Shown here: piece by piece, positions 48,009 through 57,690 of the stretch
How the letters are laid out: each line of letters starts with the position of its first letter
Numbering within the stretch: position 1 is the stretch's first letter
Assembly (NCBI GenBank): GCA_048882325.1
Contig: JBHLRS010000003.1
Coordinates: 32,001-96,000, forward strand
Direction: 5' to 3'
Origin: Candidatus Thorarchaeota archaeon
Lineage (GTDB): Archaea; Asgardarchaeota; Thorarchaeia; Thorarchaeales; Thorarchaeaceae
DNA: 64,000 nt
The notes under the pieces: model-generated
The model's database searches: none
The model's input: only the letters and a program-made list of their open reading frames with translations
What the model was told of the DNA's origin: nothing
Program-made: the position numbers and the translations under genes

Positions 48009-48410
48009 ATGGCACGAACCAAGAAGGTTGGCAGCACAGGAAGATTTGGACCAAGATATGGTGCTAAATTACGTCGACGAGTTCTCGATATAGACAGGCG
48101 AAGGATGGAACCAACTCGGTGTCCTCAATGTGCTACAAAGGCTTTGAAGAGAAAAGCAGTAGGACTATGGCAGTGCAGCAAGTGCGACCTACTGTTCGCT
48201 GGTGGTGCCTATGTACCGTATACAGATGCCGGCAAGGCTGCCAAGAGAGCTATTGCTCAGAGAGTTTCAGGCGATTTTCTAGCACTTCGAGATGATGAAG
48301 ACATCGAAGATGCAGTTGATTTCCTACCGAATGTTGAGAAGGAGGAAATCGTGATTGATGCTGAAACTGCCACTACAGAGGAAGTTGAAGCGCCAACTGA
48401 AGAAGAGTAA
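48009..48410 (+). CDS. rpl37ae: Ribosomal protein L37ae (eL43) with acidic C-terminal extension
   Basis: KKVG.TGRFGPRYG, CPQC, GLWQCSKC, AGGAY.P. Confidence 0.96.
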   Translation: MARTKKVGSTGRFGPRYGAKLRRRVLDIDRRRMEPTRCPQCATKALKRKAVGLWQCSKCDLLFAGGAYVPYTDAGKAAKRAIAQRVSGDFLALRDDEDIEDAVDFLPNVEKEEIVIDAETATTEEVEAPTEEE

Positions 48411-48426
48411 CTAAGGCCGGACCAAT

Positions 48427-48984
48427 TTGCCGAGCTTACTTATCACAACCTCACGGAAGACATCGAATCGAGTGCGCTCATTTGCACGTGATTTATGGGC
48501 CGTATTACCGGGAACTGAGAGATTCAATCGTGGAGGAATGGGATTAACAGAATTAGCTGCACGAGTTGGAAAATCTGGAGCCAATGGTGCTCTAGTCATT
48601 TCTATGTGGAAGGGAAATCCTAGTCTTCTTGTCTTTACGAACTCAGCTGGTGAAGAAGTAGCGTCGATTAAGATGGAGAGTGCAAAACTCCGTCGTGAGG
48701 TTAATCGTGAGAAGAAGACAAGGGTTGCTGGAACTGCAGGAATCTTCCTAAAATCTGATAGCAGTACACAGACAAGGGAACTTGCGGATTTGCTTTCTTC
48801 ATTTCTTGGCGTTGAAACGTTTGAGCTTGCTAAGATTAGCGATGCGCAAGTTGAAGAGCATTGGTCACTAGTTTGGTTAGAGGACTTGCCTTCTGGAAAG
48901 ACTCTTTGGACCCATTACAACTCGACCGACGGAGTTGAAATTGGTCCAAGAATAAGAGTGACTTCAATCAGGAGAAAAGAATAG
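48427..48984 (+). CDS. Brix/Imp4-domain rRNA maturation protein
   Basis: ITTSRK.S.RVRSF.RDL, NRG..GL, KGNP, GPRI; conserved superoperon position. Confidence 0.88.
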   Translation: MPSLLITTSRKTSNRVRSFARDLWAVLPGTERFNRGGMGLTELAARVGKSGANGALVISMWKGNPSLLVFTNSAGEEVASIKMESAKLRREVNREKKTRVAGTAGIFLKSDSSTQTRELADLLSSFLGVETFELAKISDAQVEEHWSLVWLEDLPSGKTLWTHYNSTDGVEIGPRIRVTSIRRKE

Positions 48985-48985
48985 C

Positions 48986-49246
48986 ATGAGTTCCAACATC
49001 GTTTCAGGTAAATCACTGATTGAGATCCCACTAGGGTCCAAAGAAACTGCTGAGATACTTCTTGCTGCACTGAAACCCGAAACTAAGTCTGGCCCCTCGG
49101 ATAGAGCCACTACAAATGTATCAATTCGTGATACAGTTTTAGTCATTGAAGTTGAGGCTGGAGATATTACAGCTCTTCGTGCTGCAATGAACTCCTACAT
49201 TTCATGGGTATCTGCTTGCATTAAATCACTGGAACAATTGGACTGA
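48986..49246 (+). CDS. pcc1: KEOPS subunit Pcc1
   Basis: AL.PE, A.DITALRAAMNSY. Confidence 0.9.
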   Translation: MSSNIVSGKSLIEIPLGSKETAEILLAALKPETKSGPSDRATTNVSIRDTVLVIEVEAGDITALRAAMNSYISWVSACIKSLEQLD

Positions 49247-49329
49247 TACAGACCAATCAAAACGCTTAAGTCACAACTCAGAAGGCGCAATCTGAAAGAG
49301 CTGTTTGTGAAGACAGGAGAGCAACAAGA

Positions 49330-49692
49330 ATGGCACAAAACATCCCTCCGGAATTGGAGAAGGACCTTAGGAAATTCGACAATCTCAGACGTCAAGAGGA
49401 AGGGTTTTCTAATTTAGTTCGGACCTATAAAGAACAAGTTGAGCAGCTTAAAGAAACGCTTTCGGAACTTGCTTCTCAACCAGATGATGTAGTAACATAC
49501 AAGACCGTGGGGCAGGTTATGTTTCGAGTTGAAAAACCCACTTTGATTGATGAACTTGAAAATAGGGTTCGCGAATTGGATAGCAGCATTAAGAAAGCTG
49601 AAACTAAGCTTAAGAGTCTCACACCCGAACTCGCTGAACTACAGAAGACCATCCAATTAGAACTCGCTAAACGAAACCTGACTTTGCAGTGA
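49330..49692 (+). CDS. pfdB: Prefoldin beta subunit
   Basis: Coiled coil with YKTVG.VM hairpin; superoperon position. Confidence 0.9.
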   Translation: MAQNIPPELEKDLRKFDNLRRQEEGFSNLVRTYKEQVEQLKETLSELASQPDDVVTYKTVGQVMFRVEKPTLIDELENRVRELDSSIKKAETKLKSLTPELAELQKTIQLELAKRNLTLQ

Positions 49693-49696
49693 GAGC

Positions 49697-50000
49697 GATG
49701 AGTCCTACGCTGAATATAGGGCTTCCTCAGCTTTCGGAGGAAGTTCTTGAAGAACTTGCGGAAGAATGTGAGGCGCAAGTTAGCAAGTTTATTCTGAAGA
49801 GGATTCCTGAGAAGAGTATTGATACATTATTCGTTAGCTGTACATTGGAATTAATGGATGGCCAGCTGGATCTTGATGTCCAACTTGAGATTAGCCAGCT
49901 TTTCGATACTGGTCATACCCTTGATAATCTATTGCAGGAGGCAACAGACTTTGGGGTTGAGTGGTTTGAGAATCAGCTGACGGAGATGAAAAAGAAATGA
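49697..50000 (+). CDS. DUF3194-like protein
   Basis: IGLPQLSEE..EEL; usually follows pfdB; start approximate. Confidence 0.7.
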
Positions 50001-51004
50001 GTCTCAAAGCTCTCCTGAAAGGCTCAAAAAACCCACTCATTCTAGGTCATCAGAATGCGGATCCTGATGCAGTTTGTTCTATGATTGCTTTTGCTAAACT
50101 CTACCTGTCAATCAATCCGAAAGGAACACCTCAATTGGCAGCAGATGATGTTAGTCGGTTATCCAATCAAGTTTTACAAACATTTAGCCCTGAGATACTA
50201 ATCTCAAATACTGTGGAATTAGATCATGATCTGCTAGTACTTCTGGACACAAACAGTCGATTTCAGCTTGGAACCGGACTACAACATGTTCCTGTAGATC
50301 CAAACATGACAATAGTCATCGACCATCATGAACACAATCCTGAAATTGATCAAATCGCTCTGCATCAGTTTGTACATGAAGATCTATCATCCACCTGCGA
50401 AATCATCGTGAATGTCTTTTCAGATTTGGGCATTCAGATTGATTCAGGCACTGCTAATTTACTATTAACCGGAATGATTTTTGACACACGTCGTTTCTTT
50501 TATGCTGACTCAAGAACACTATCTGCAGCAATTAGCCTCATCAAGGCAGGTGCCGAGTACGACAAGTGTGTCAAGTCTTTATTGATTCGACCAGACCGGT
50601 CAGAGAAAATCGCTCGGTTGAGAGCTGCTGGTCGTGTGAAGGTGCACATCATTGACGAGTGGATTGTAGTAACTTCCAAGATTAATGCGTTTGAAGCAAG
50701 TGCATGTCGAGGTCTCATAGAACTAGGTGCAGATGTTGCCATAGTTGGAGGCAGTCCATCAAAAGGCGTGGTTCGATTTAGTTCGCGCAGTACAAGAGAC
50801 TTTTTTGAGAAGACGGGAGTCAGTCTTGGGTCTGATGTGATGGAGCCACTAGGTCAACTCATTGAAGGTGAAGGTGGCGGACATGCAAATGCCGCTGGAG
50901 CAAATGGAAAGACGAACTTGGAGAAAGCAATGGACCATTCGGTGGAGCTCATTAGGAGGTCTGTCGAAGCAAAGTCAAGTTCGGATGAAGGGATCTCAAC
51001 CTAG
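49997..51004 (+). CDS. DHH-family phosphoesterase
   Basis: H.NADPDA, LDT, IDHH, STCEI, GGGH..AAG. Confidence 0.92.
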   Translation: MSLKALLKGSKNPLILGHQNADPDAVCSMIAFAKLYLSINPKGTPQLAADDVSRLSNQVLQTFSPEILISNTVELDHDLLVLLDTNSRFQLGTGLQHVPVDPNMTIVIDHHEHNPEIDQIALHQFVHEDLSSTCEIIVNVFSDLGIQIDSGTANLLLTGMIFDTRRFFYADSRTLSAAISLIKAGAEYDKCVKSLLIRPDRSEKIARLRAAGRVKVHIIDEWIVVTSKINAFEASACRGLIELGADVAIVGGSPSKGVVRFSSRSTRDFFEKTGVSLGSDVMEPLGQLIEGEGGGHANAAGANGKTNLEKAMDHSVELIRRSVEAKSSSDEGIST

Positions 51005-51017
51005 GAGGTATCTCAGA

Positions 51018-51860
51018 GTGCCCTTGATAGAGTTTGCAGATTTTAGCTTCAAGTATTTGGGAGCGGACTCCTTGGCACTCAGGAAATTGAACTTCAATAT
51101 CGAGCATGGCGAATATGTTGTCATCACCGGTCCAAGTGGCTGCGGCAAAACCACTCTATGCCGAGCCATCAATGGACTTGTTCCTCAGTTTCATCGTGGA
51201 TATATTGCAGGGAATGTCATTGTTGATGGAAAAAACACCCGAGAGAACAGTGTTGCTGAGCTTGCCCCAATTGCAGGATTGGTATTTCAGCAACCTGAAA
51301 ATCAATTGGTCACACTAAACGTGGAACGTGAAATCGCTTTTGGTCCTGAGAATCTTGGAGTTGAGCCTGGCGAGGTTCGTCGAAGAGTTGAGGAACTGAT
51401 TGAGATGTTGGACCTAGAGCATTTGAGAGAGAAACATCCCCATGAGATGTCAGGGGGTGAACAACAGCGAGTGGCTATGGCTGCAACGCTGGCTCTCAAA
51501 CCTAAAGTGTTAGTTGCTGATGAACCAACATCAAATCTAGACCCACAGAGTGCTGAAATGATTCTTGATTTGATTGCAGATTTGAACAGACGTGATATGA
51601 CTGTTATCCTAGTTGAACATCGGTTAGATCTTGTTTCAAAAGATGCATCCAGAATTATTCTAATGGATAGAGGTCAGATTGTCGCGGATGGCGTTCCACG
51701 GGAAATATTAACCATGGACATCTGTCAAGAGATTGGAGTGGGGATACCTAAGGCAACTCAACTCTACAAGCGATTGAATGCCCGTGGATATCGTTTTAAT
51801 GAAGTACCCCTCACCGGTGCAGAATTTGCAGCAATGATTCAGGAGGTCAAGGGGCGATGA
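51018..51860 (+). CDS. ecfA1: ECF transporter ATPase A1
   Basis: GPSGCGKT, FQQPENQL, AFGPEN, SGGEQQR, DEPTSNLD. Confidence 0.9.
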   Translation: MPLIEFADFSFKYLGADSLALRKLNFNIEHGEYVVITGPSGCGKTTLCRAINGLVPQFHRGYIAGNVIVDGKNTRENSVAELAPIAGLVFQQPENQLVTLNVEREIAFGPENLGVEPGEVRRRVEELIEMLDLEHLREKHPHEMSGGEQQRVAMAATLALKPKVLVADEPTSNLDPQSAEMILDLIADLNRRDMTVILVEHRLDLVSKDASRIILMDRGQIVADGVPREILTMDICQEIGVGIPKATQLYKRLNARGYRFNEVPLTGAEFAAMIQEVKGR

Positions 51861-52681
51861 TAATCCTCGAAGATGTTCATTTCGCGTATGATGGTTTGTA
51901 TACAGCATTGCGAGGTGTATCGCTCCAGATTGATGATGGTGAAAGAATTGCTATAATGGGTAGTAATGGGGCTGGAAAGACCACTTTGGTTAAGCATTTG
52001 AATGGTCTACTTCGTCCGGACCAGGGAAGGGTCATTCTAGATGGAGTTGACACAAAGCACTACTCTGTCGCTGAACTAGCTCGAGAGATTGGTCTCGTGA
52101 TGCAAAATCCTGACCATCAGCTTTTCTTGGACAGCGTCGAACGAGAAATTCTCTTTGGCCTAGAAAATCTTGGGTACTCGGAGGAGGAGTCCAAGACACG
52201 GTGTGAAACTACACTGAACGATCTTGGTCTTGCAGGACTTTCTGAGCGCTCCCCGTTCACACTTTCAGGCGGTGAGCGAAAGCGCGTAGCGTTGGCTTCA
52301 GTCCTAGCTACAGAACCCAGAGTTCTCTCTCTAGATGAACCGACGATAGGTCAGGACGCACGTCAGAAAGAAAATCTTGCAAAGATGCTCAGTGACCTAA
52401 ATGATAAGGGCAAAGCAGTGATTGTGGTCACACATGACATCGAGTTTGTAATTGAGAATTTTCCACGCACAATTGCAATGGCTAATGGTCAAGTTGTGGC
52501 TGATGGTCCAACAAACTCGGTCCTGAGCAATACTGAGGTGATAGAACGATGCTCCCTGACAAGACCTCAGTTAACAAGTGCGGCTAGCAGTCTTCATGAG
52601 ATATTCCCAGAGATTCCTGAACGACTAACATTGATGGATGATTTGGAGGAAGTCGTAGTGAAGGTATTGGGAGGTGGATGA
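51857..52681 (+). CDS. ecfA2: ECF transporter ATPase A2
   Basis: GSNGAGKT, QNPDHQLF, PF.LSGGE, DEPT.GQD. Confidence 0.9.
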   Translation: MIILEDVHFAYDGLYTALRGVSLQIDDGERIAIMGSNGAGKTTLVKHLNGLLRPDQGRVILDGVDTKHYSVAELAREIGLVMQNPDHQLFLDSVEREILFGLENLGYSEEESKTRCETTLNDLGLAGLSERSPFTLSGGERKRVALASVLATEPRVLSLDEPTIGQDARQKENLAKMLSDLNDKGKAVIVVTHDIEFVIENFPRTIAMANGQVVADGPTNSVLSNTEVIERCSLTRPQLTSAASSLHEIFPEIPERLTLMDDLEEVVVKVLGGG

Positions 52682-53453
52682 GATGGCATTCCTCGAGGTT
52701 TTTCAATATACTCGCCAAGATTCGATAATCCATCGACTAGACCCACGAGCAAAGCTGTTCATGTCCATCGTTTTGGCTGTAGTTTCTTTGCTCTTTCTTT
52801 CGATAATTCCACTCTTGTTGATTCTCTGCTGTCTGATACCAATTCTTGGCGCGGCGAAGTCGCTTACACGATGGGGTAGGAGCATGAAGGGGTTGTCCAT
52901 TCTACTGATATTCATCATAGTCTTCAACACGTTGCTATCATCTGAACCCAATCCATTCTCTCATTCCGTGGCGCTCACACTGCGACTTGTTGCGCTCATG
53001 ACTTCTTTCTCCATATTCTTTCTGACAGTTCATCCTGATGAGCTATCTCAGGCATTGATTCAGATGCGGGTCCGATTTGAATTTGCATTTGCAATGAGTA
53101 TGGCAATGAGGTACGTTCCTACTCTAGGGCAAGAGGCCTATGCAATAATGGATGCTCAAAAGGCACGAGGAGTGGAGCTAGATAAGGGAAACCTTCTGAA
53201 ACGGATTCGTAATATTGTACCTATCATAGTTCCATTGATAATTGTGTCAATCAGACGCGCTTTGTCAATTGCAGAAAGTATGGAGTCTAGAGGGTTTGGT
53301 GCAAGCGACACAAGGACTTACATGAATCCTTTGAAATTCAGAAAACACGACTGGGTGGTAGTAGTTATCTTCCTGCTCGTTCTTATCTTCGTGGTGTATG
53401 TACGTCTATTTGTAACACTGCCTTCTTGGATGCTTTGGCAGATAGCTGTATAG
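52674..53453 (+). CDS. ecfT: ECF transporter T component
   Basis: LDPRAKL, RYVP, AQKARG, MESRGF. Confidence 0.92.
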   Translation: MDEMAFLEVFQYTRQDSIIHRLDPRAKLFMSIVLAVVSLLFLSIIPLLLILCCLIPILGAAKSLTRWGRSMKGLSILLIFIIVFNTLLSSEPNPFSHSVALTLRLVALMTSFSIFFLTVHPDELSQALIQMRVRFEFAFAMSMAMRYVPTLGQEAYAIMDAQKARGVELDKGNLLKRIRNIVPIIVPLIIVSIRRALSIAESMESRGFGASDTRTYMNPLKFRKHDWVVVVIFLLVLIFVVYVRLFVTLPSWMLWQIAV

Positions 53454-53547
53454 AGGATTGACCTTATTCTGCGAGTGAGAAATATCCCACGATGATTTAT
53501 ACGTATGAATAGTCTATTTCTAGTCGCAATCTGTAGGTGAAGTTCTA

Positions 53548-54120
53548 GTGCCAACCAAGTTACCAAAAAGACAGCTCTACACAATAAAGGATCTAATGAA
53601 CGATCTGAAGAAGCTAGATGCTACGCCTAGTGTACTTTATGATGTGGGGACCGAGCTCATTTATCGAGAGCTTGATTGGTGTAGAAAGACCCTTGGCGAT
53701 GACCACCTTGTTACGAAGAATCTGACCGATTTGATGGAGTTCATGCAACGTGATTATGAGAATCTCCTAGTCACCGGAGAGCTCTGGCAAGCAAAAGACA
53801 CTCCTAAATCTGCACTCAATGCTTTCTTGAAAGATAGACCTGATGAGTTCTTAAGCCATCCAATTGGACTCTTGAGTGCTCAGGTTTCGGACTGTCTGAA
53901 GAAAGCTGATGATTTACGCCGTCAAGAAAAGAAAAAATACAAGAAACTTGAGAAGCGTGTGCGCGCAGAAATTAAAGCTGACGAGAAGAATCCAAATCTC
54001 TGGAACAACCTCAGAGTCTTATTGTGGATTCTCGGTAAGTATACAGAATCGAGTGAGGCCTTCAAAAAAGCGAAGGATCTTGGTTGGTCTATAGAAACGA
54101 GTACTCTAGTTGCACTCTGA
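53548..54120 (+). CDS. Hypothetical helical protein with a C-terminal TPR-like repeat
   Basis: NPNLWNNL..LL..LGKY.E..EAF.KA. Confidence 0.65.
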   Translation: MPTKLPKRQLYTIKDLMNDLKKLDATPSVLYDVGTELIYRELDWCRKTLGDDHLVTKNLTDLMEFMQRDYENLLVTGELWQAKDTPKSALNAFLKDRPDEFLSHPIGLLSAQVSDCLKKADDLRRQEKKKYKKLEKRVRAEIKADEKNPNLWNNLRVLLWILGKYTESSEAFKKAKDLGWSIETSTLVAL

Positions 54121-54196
54121 ACTGTTTTTGACGATAACACATGTTTCGGATAACATGTATAAACAATTGAAAATTGTCATCTACTAGGGATGAACC

Positions 54197-55135
54197 ATTT
54201 CAGAGCACAAATCAGTATCAGAACCTGAATTACTAGGAGTCATTGATAGCCCCCCTTCAATCCGCTCAATCACTGCTCTTTCAACTGATGACAGGTGTCT
54301 CTACTCAGCAGACGATGATGCTATGATTACCGTTTGGAAGAAATCCAATCTTCGGACCTTTGAACAGTTTCAAAGCAAAAGCAGTACTTACCTGAAATCA
54401 CTCCTAGTTGATGATCACTACCTATATGGTGGGACTCTCTGGAATGATTGTAGCATCAAATTATATGACAAATCAAGTTTGGAACTACTCAATAGTTTTG
54501 AGGGATCTCAGGGCACAGTTTTTGCTCTCGTGTCTGACCACAGCAACCTCTTCTGCGGTTCTGGAGATTCAAGAGTGACTATTTGGAACAAGGATGACTG
54601 GAGTGAATTAGGAAGTTTTAGAGGTCAGAAACACTTCGTTCTCTCACTCTCTATCGATGAGAACTATATCTATGCAGGAGGAATTGACGATTGCACAAAC
54701 GTCTTCTCTCGGGATGATCATAGTCAAGTAGTTTCACTAAGAGGGCATGAATCCAATGTTCTTTCGCTGGCTTGTGACAAGAGGTTTCTGTATTCAGGTT
54801 CTGGCGAACTTTGGTGGGGCGGACCTGGCTCACCGCGACCGCCGCAATTTGAAAGTGCCATTCGAGTTTGGGATAAGAAAGACTGGAGCTGTGTTGCTAT
54901 TCTTGAAGGACATACTGACAATGTCAATGCAGTATCTGTAGCCTCCAACTATGTCTTTTCAATCTCTGATGATTCAACTCTGCGGATTTATTCCAAAAAG
55001 GATTGGAGTGAAACACTCTGCGTACATGTTGATACCAGACGAATCGATGCAATGACATCTGATGATAGGTCAGTCTTCATTGGTTGCGCTGATGGAACAA
55101 TTCGTCAACTATCAAAACATGCTATTATCTCTTAG
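54197..55135 (+). CDS. WD40-repeat beta-propeller protein (start probably ATT 54197)
   Basis: Repeats such as LEGHTDNVNAV...SISDD.TLRIY and SGDSRVTIW; first repeat lies upstream of ATG 54323. Confidence 0.85.
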   Translation: MSEHKSVSEPELLGVIDSPPSIRSITALSTDDRCLYSADDDAMITVWKKSNLRTFEQFQSKSSTYLKSLLVDDHYLYGGTLWNDCSIKLYDKSSLELLNSFEGSQGTVFALVSDHSNLFCGSGDSRVTIWNKDDWSELGSFRGQKHFVLSLSIDENYIYAGGIDDCTNVFSRDDHSQVVSLRGHESNVLSLACDKRFLYSGSGELWWGGPGSPRPPQFESAIRVWDKKDWSCVAILEGHTDNVNAVSVASNYVFSISDDSTLRIYSKKDWSETLCVHVDTRRIDAMTSDDRSVFIGCADGTIRQLSKHAIIS

Positions 55136-55488
55136 AAACCAACCGGCTCAATTTGTCTTAGAAAAGCTTGGAACTCGAGTGCTCTACCTTCCGGATCCTG
55201 AGCAAAGAACTGGTATATCTCATATTTCTCGACCTCCTGGGGTTCAGAAGTTGCGATGTGACTCAACAAATTATACATCGCATCAACATCCTCCTTTGTT
55301 GGATAGAAGAATGTAATCATCCCATCTATCTCTGGTGTATCTCTGTGACAGAATCCAAGGAGGAGGTTTCCATGGCTGAGAATTATGCAATCCTCCTGCT
55401 CTAACCAGACATACATGCCAACCTCACTTACATAGAATTCCACTATCTCTTGAAGCATTGTAGTCCTGAAGAACACAATCCCTGCCAT
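55132..55488 (-). CDS. VOC/glyoxalase-family protein
   Basis: EFY...VG, FFAQDPEGR.LEFQ. Confidence 0.85.
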   Translation of the reverse strand: MAGIVFFRTTMLQEIVEFYVSEVGMYVWLEQEDCIILSHGNLLLGFCHRDTPEIDGMITFFYPTKEDVDAMYNLLSHIATSEPQEVEKYEIYQFFAQDPEGRALEFQAFLRQIEPVGF

Positions 55489-55700
55489 AACGCTCACCAT
55501 GACACATTGATACAGAAACCCTGATATGTTTTGGGAGATTCCCGTTTTCTAGAAATGTCTCAAATCCGAATTGCTTGTTTCGGTTTTTAGCTCTCTGTGT
55601 TGCCAATCCAGTACATTTCGAACCCGTTGATTTCAGGCAAATAGATAATCAATTCCTCTTTCACATACACACTCGAAAAGATGCTGGAGGACCAAAAGAG

Positions 55701-56003
55701 GTGTCGATAAGAGCTGGAAGGACTCCCAGAAGCACATTTGAGATTCTCGGTGCTTTAATCACTCATGGACCCATGTGTCCTAAGGAGCTAAGCAAAAAAC
55801 TTGACATGGCTCCCCGTACTGTTAGCTTCGCACTTAGGAAACTGCTGAGTGAGAAGATTCTACGCAGAATTCCGAATCTATACGACATGCGCCGCCCCAA
55901 GTATCAGGTGAATATGGAGCAAGCCCGCCATCTGTTGGAGAAGTACAGAGACACTCCCTATGTGTCTGCTCTGTCTCCTGTTGTATGGAGAAAAATGGCA
56001 TAG
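55701..56003 (+). CDS. Small winged-helix regulator (paralogue 1)
   Basis: GPM.PKEL...L..APRTV.FAL..L, PNL.DMRR; SD GGAGG. Confidence 0.8.
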   Translation: MSIRAGRTPRSTFEILGALITHGPMCPKELSKKLDMAPRTVSFALRKLLSEKILRRIPNLYDMRRPKYQVNMEQARHLLEKYRDTPYVSALSPVVWRKMA

Positions 56004-56007
56004 ACTA

Positions 56008-57135
56008 TCATTTTTTCCATTGATCATAAAGTTGGATTGCTCGCTCAATTCTCATGCTGTGCGCAAGCGGCAGAATATCAGCTGCGGGTAATGATTCTAC
56101 ATTGAGCGATTGAAGGGACATTGCTTTTGCATCAGTTAGATACTTGACCAAGACAGAATCTTCGACGCTTCCATCAGTCAAAAGCTGATTCAATGAATTC
56201 AAACCAATCAAGGCATCATCAATAAAGAAGGCGAGTGCCAATCCTCTTAGGAATATCGTTTCTGATCCCTGTTCTTCTGGGTCCACCATTAGACTGATGA
56301 TTCTGCATATCTTTGATCGAGATTCAGATGTCTGCTCATGGATAGCTTCACCTGATATAAATCGATTAATTTGATCCATCAAATCCTGATACAGTTCATC
56401 GATATGTTCAACCATCTGAGAGATGGGTTTTGTGATATGTTTTCCTTCGGAAGGAGTCCAATCAATCAAATCCATGTTAATAGATAGGGTGCTTCCACCA
56501 TCAAAAACTGCATGATGCTCTTCAGCAGGTTCAGCAAATCCTGCTAGTATGGTGAGAAGATCTCTGCCGCAGCAATTGCAAATCACACCACCCATCACAG
56601 TTCGTTCAATTATTTTGAACGATTCAAGAGCATGTTCCGCATCTCTTGCTCTCCGCATCCTTACTCTGCCATCTCTGAGAATGTGAACCCTGATTTCTTC
56701 CATATTTCCCCAGGCATAAGCAAGTTCCTTGCTACATCGCATGTCTTCATATCTGGATGACACACAATCCAAGAGCCAACAGAGTATTGCAGGATCAAGC
56801 ACTCCATACTTCATCATATCGCCAGGATTTACACCATTGAAGATTCTCATCTCAGCCATAAGGAGATCAGGTGAATCCATGCAGGGCTTGGAGAGTAGTA
56901 CACCGCCCTCGGGTTGCTCTGGAGCTGGTTTCTCTGTGTTCTTAGCTTCTCTAACAAGAGCAATGAGGTCATCTCTCTGAGAAGCGTGTTTCTCCAGAGC
57001 AAGGACTGGACAGGATGACACCTCGGCATTTTCCACGATGACTGCCCTGGCAAAGGCTCCACAAGTTGTATATCCACATAAACCGCAATCAATCTCAGGC
57101 GTGTTTTTTCTGCTTTTTGTCCAGACACTACTCAT
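56008..57135 (-). CDS. Fe-S binding protein of unknown function
   Basis: DCGLCGYTTC...CP (RnfB/CdhE-type FeS domain); later CNCCG. Confidence 0.75.
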   Translation of the reverse strand: MSSVWTKSRKNTPEIDCGLCGYTTCGAFARAVIVENAEVSSCPVLALEKHASQRDDLIALVREAKNTEKPAPEQPEGGVLLSKPCMDSPDLLMAEMRIFNGVNPGDMMKYGVLDPAILCWLLDCVSSRYEDMRCSKELAYAWGNMEEIRVHILRDGRVRMRRARDAEHALESFKIIERTVMGGVICNCCGRDLLTILAGFAEPAEEHHAVFDGGSTLSINMDLIDWTPSEGKHITKPISQMVEHIDELYQDLMDQINRFISGEAIHEQTSESRSKICRIISLMVDPEEQGSETIFLRGLALAFFIDDALIGLNSLNQLLTDGSVEDSVLVKYLTDAKAMSLQSLNVESLPAADILPLAHSMRIERAIQLYDQWKK

Positions 57136-57419
57136 TCGTCACAATCCTCAGTCATCCAATCGTAAGTTCATTTGGAGGACCATAGAATCCGTATGTTGTC
57201 ATTTTCAATGGTCATAAACAACTCAATATGAGAGATTTCTCTGTGTCTAAAAAAAGCAATGTCTTCGGCCAATTCTTGGAAAACCCATTTCGGAAGCTAC
57301 TTGTTCGGAAAACTACGCATTAATTGAAAATCGTCGTCAATTTCAGAACAATGCTGTTGACGCTAATAGAAAACAGTAACATGTCATTATCTTATTGGCG
57401 AATATCTTTGCGACTTGCT

Positions 57420-57668
57420 ATGCGACTACCCAAAAGTGCTCTTCATATACTCACATTTCTCACAAAAAGCGGACCACTCCCTCCAAGAGTAATAAGTAAG
57501 GAAGCTAATGTGCCGCTTCGAACTGTGACCTTTACTTTAGACCGTTTAGTGAACACGGAAATCTGTGAGAGAATTTCAAACCTTAGTGATATGAGACGTA
57601 CGCTCTATGTAGTAAATCACGAGAAGGCAAGAGCAGTCTTTGCTAGATATGACATGCTGGTTAAATAA
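57420..57668 (+). CDS. Small winged-helix regulator (paralogue 2)
   Basis: GPL.P..I......PLRTV.F.L..L, SNL.DMRR. Confidence 0.75.
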   Translation: MRLPKSALHILTFLTKSGPLPPRVISKEANVPLRTVTFTLDRLVNTEICERISNLSDMRRTLYVVNHEKARAVFARYDMLVK

Positions 57669-57690
57669 TCGCAAGAGGTTGTAGATCGTG

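Noticed and set aside
29858-54169. Identical 14-mer TGTATAAACAATTG at 29858 and 54156
   Set aside because: AT-rich and includes a TATA core; several such matches are expected by chance in 64 kb.
57273-57313. Resemblance of TTC-N-GAA words to eukaryotic HSE/STAT sites
   Set aside because: Spacing is inconsistent, the words are very short, and no such factors are present.
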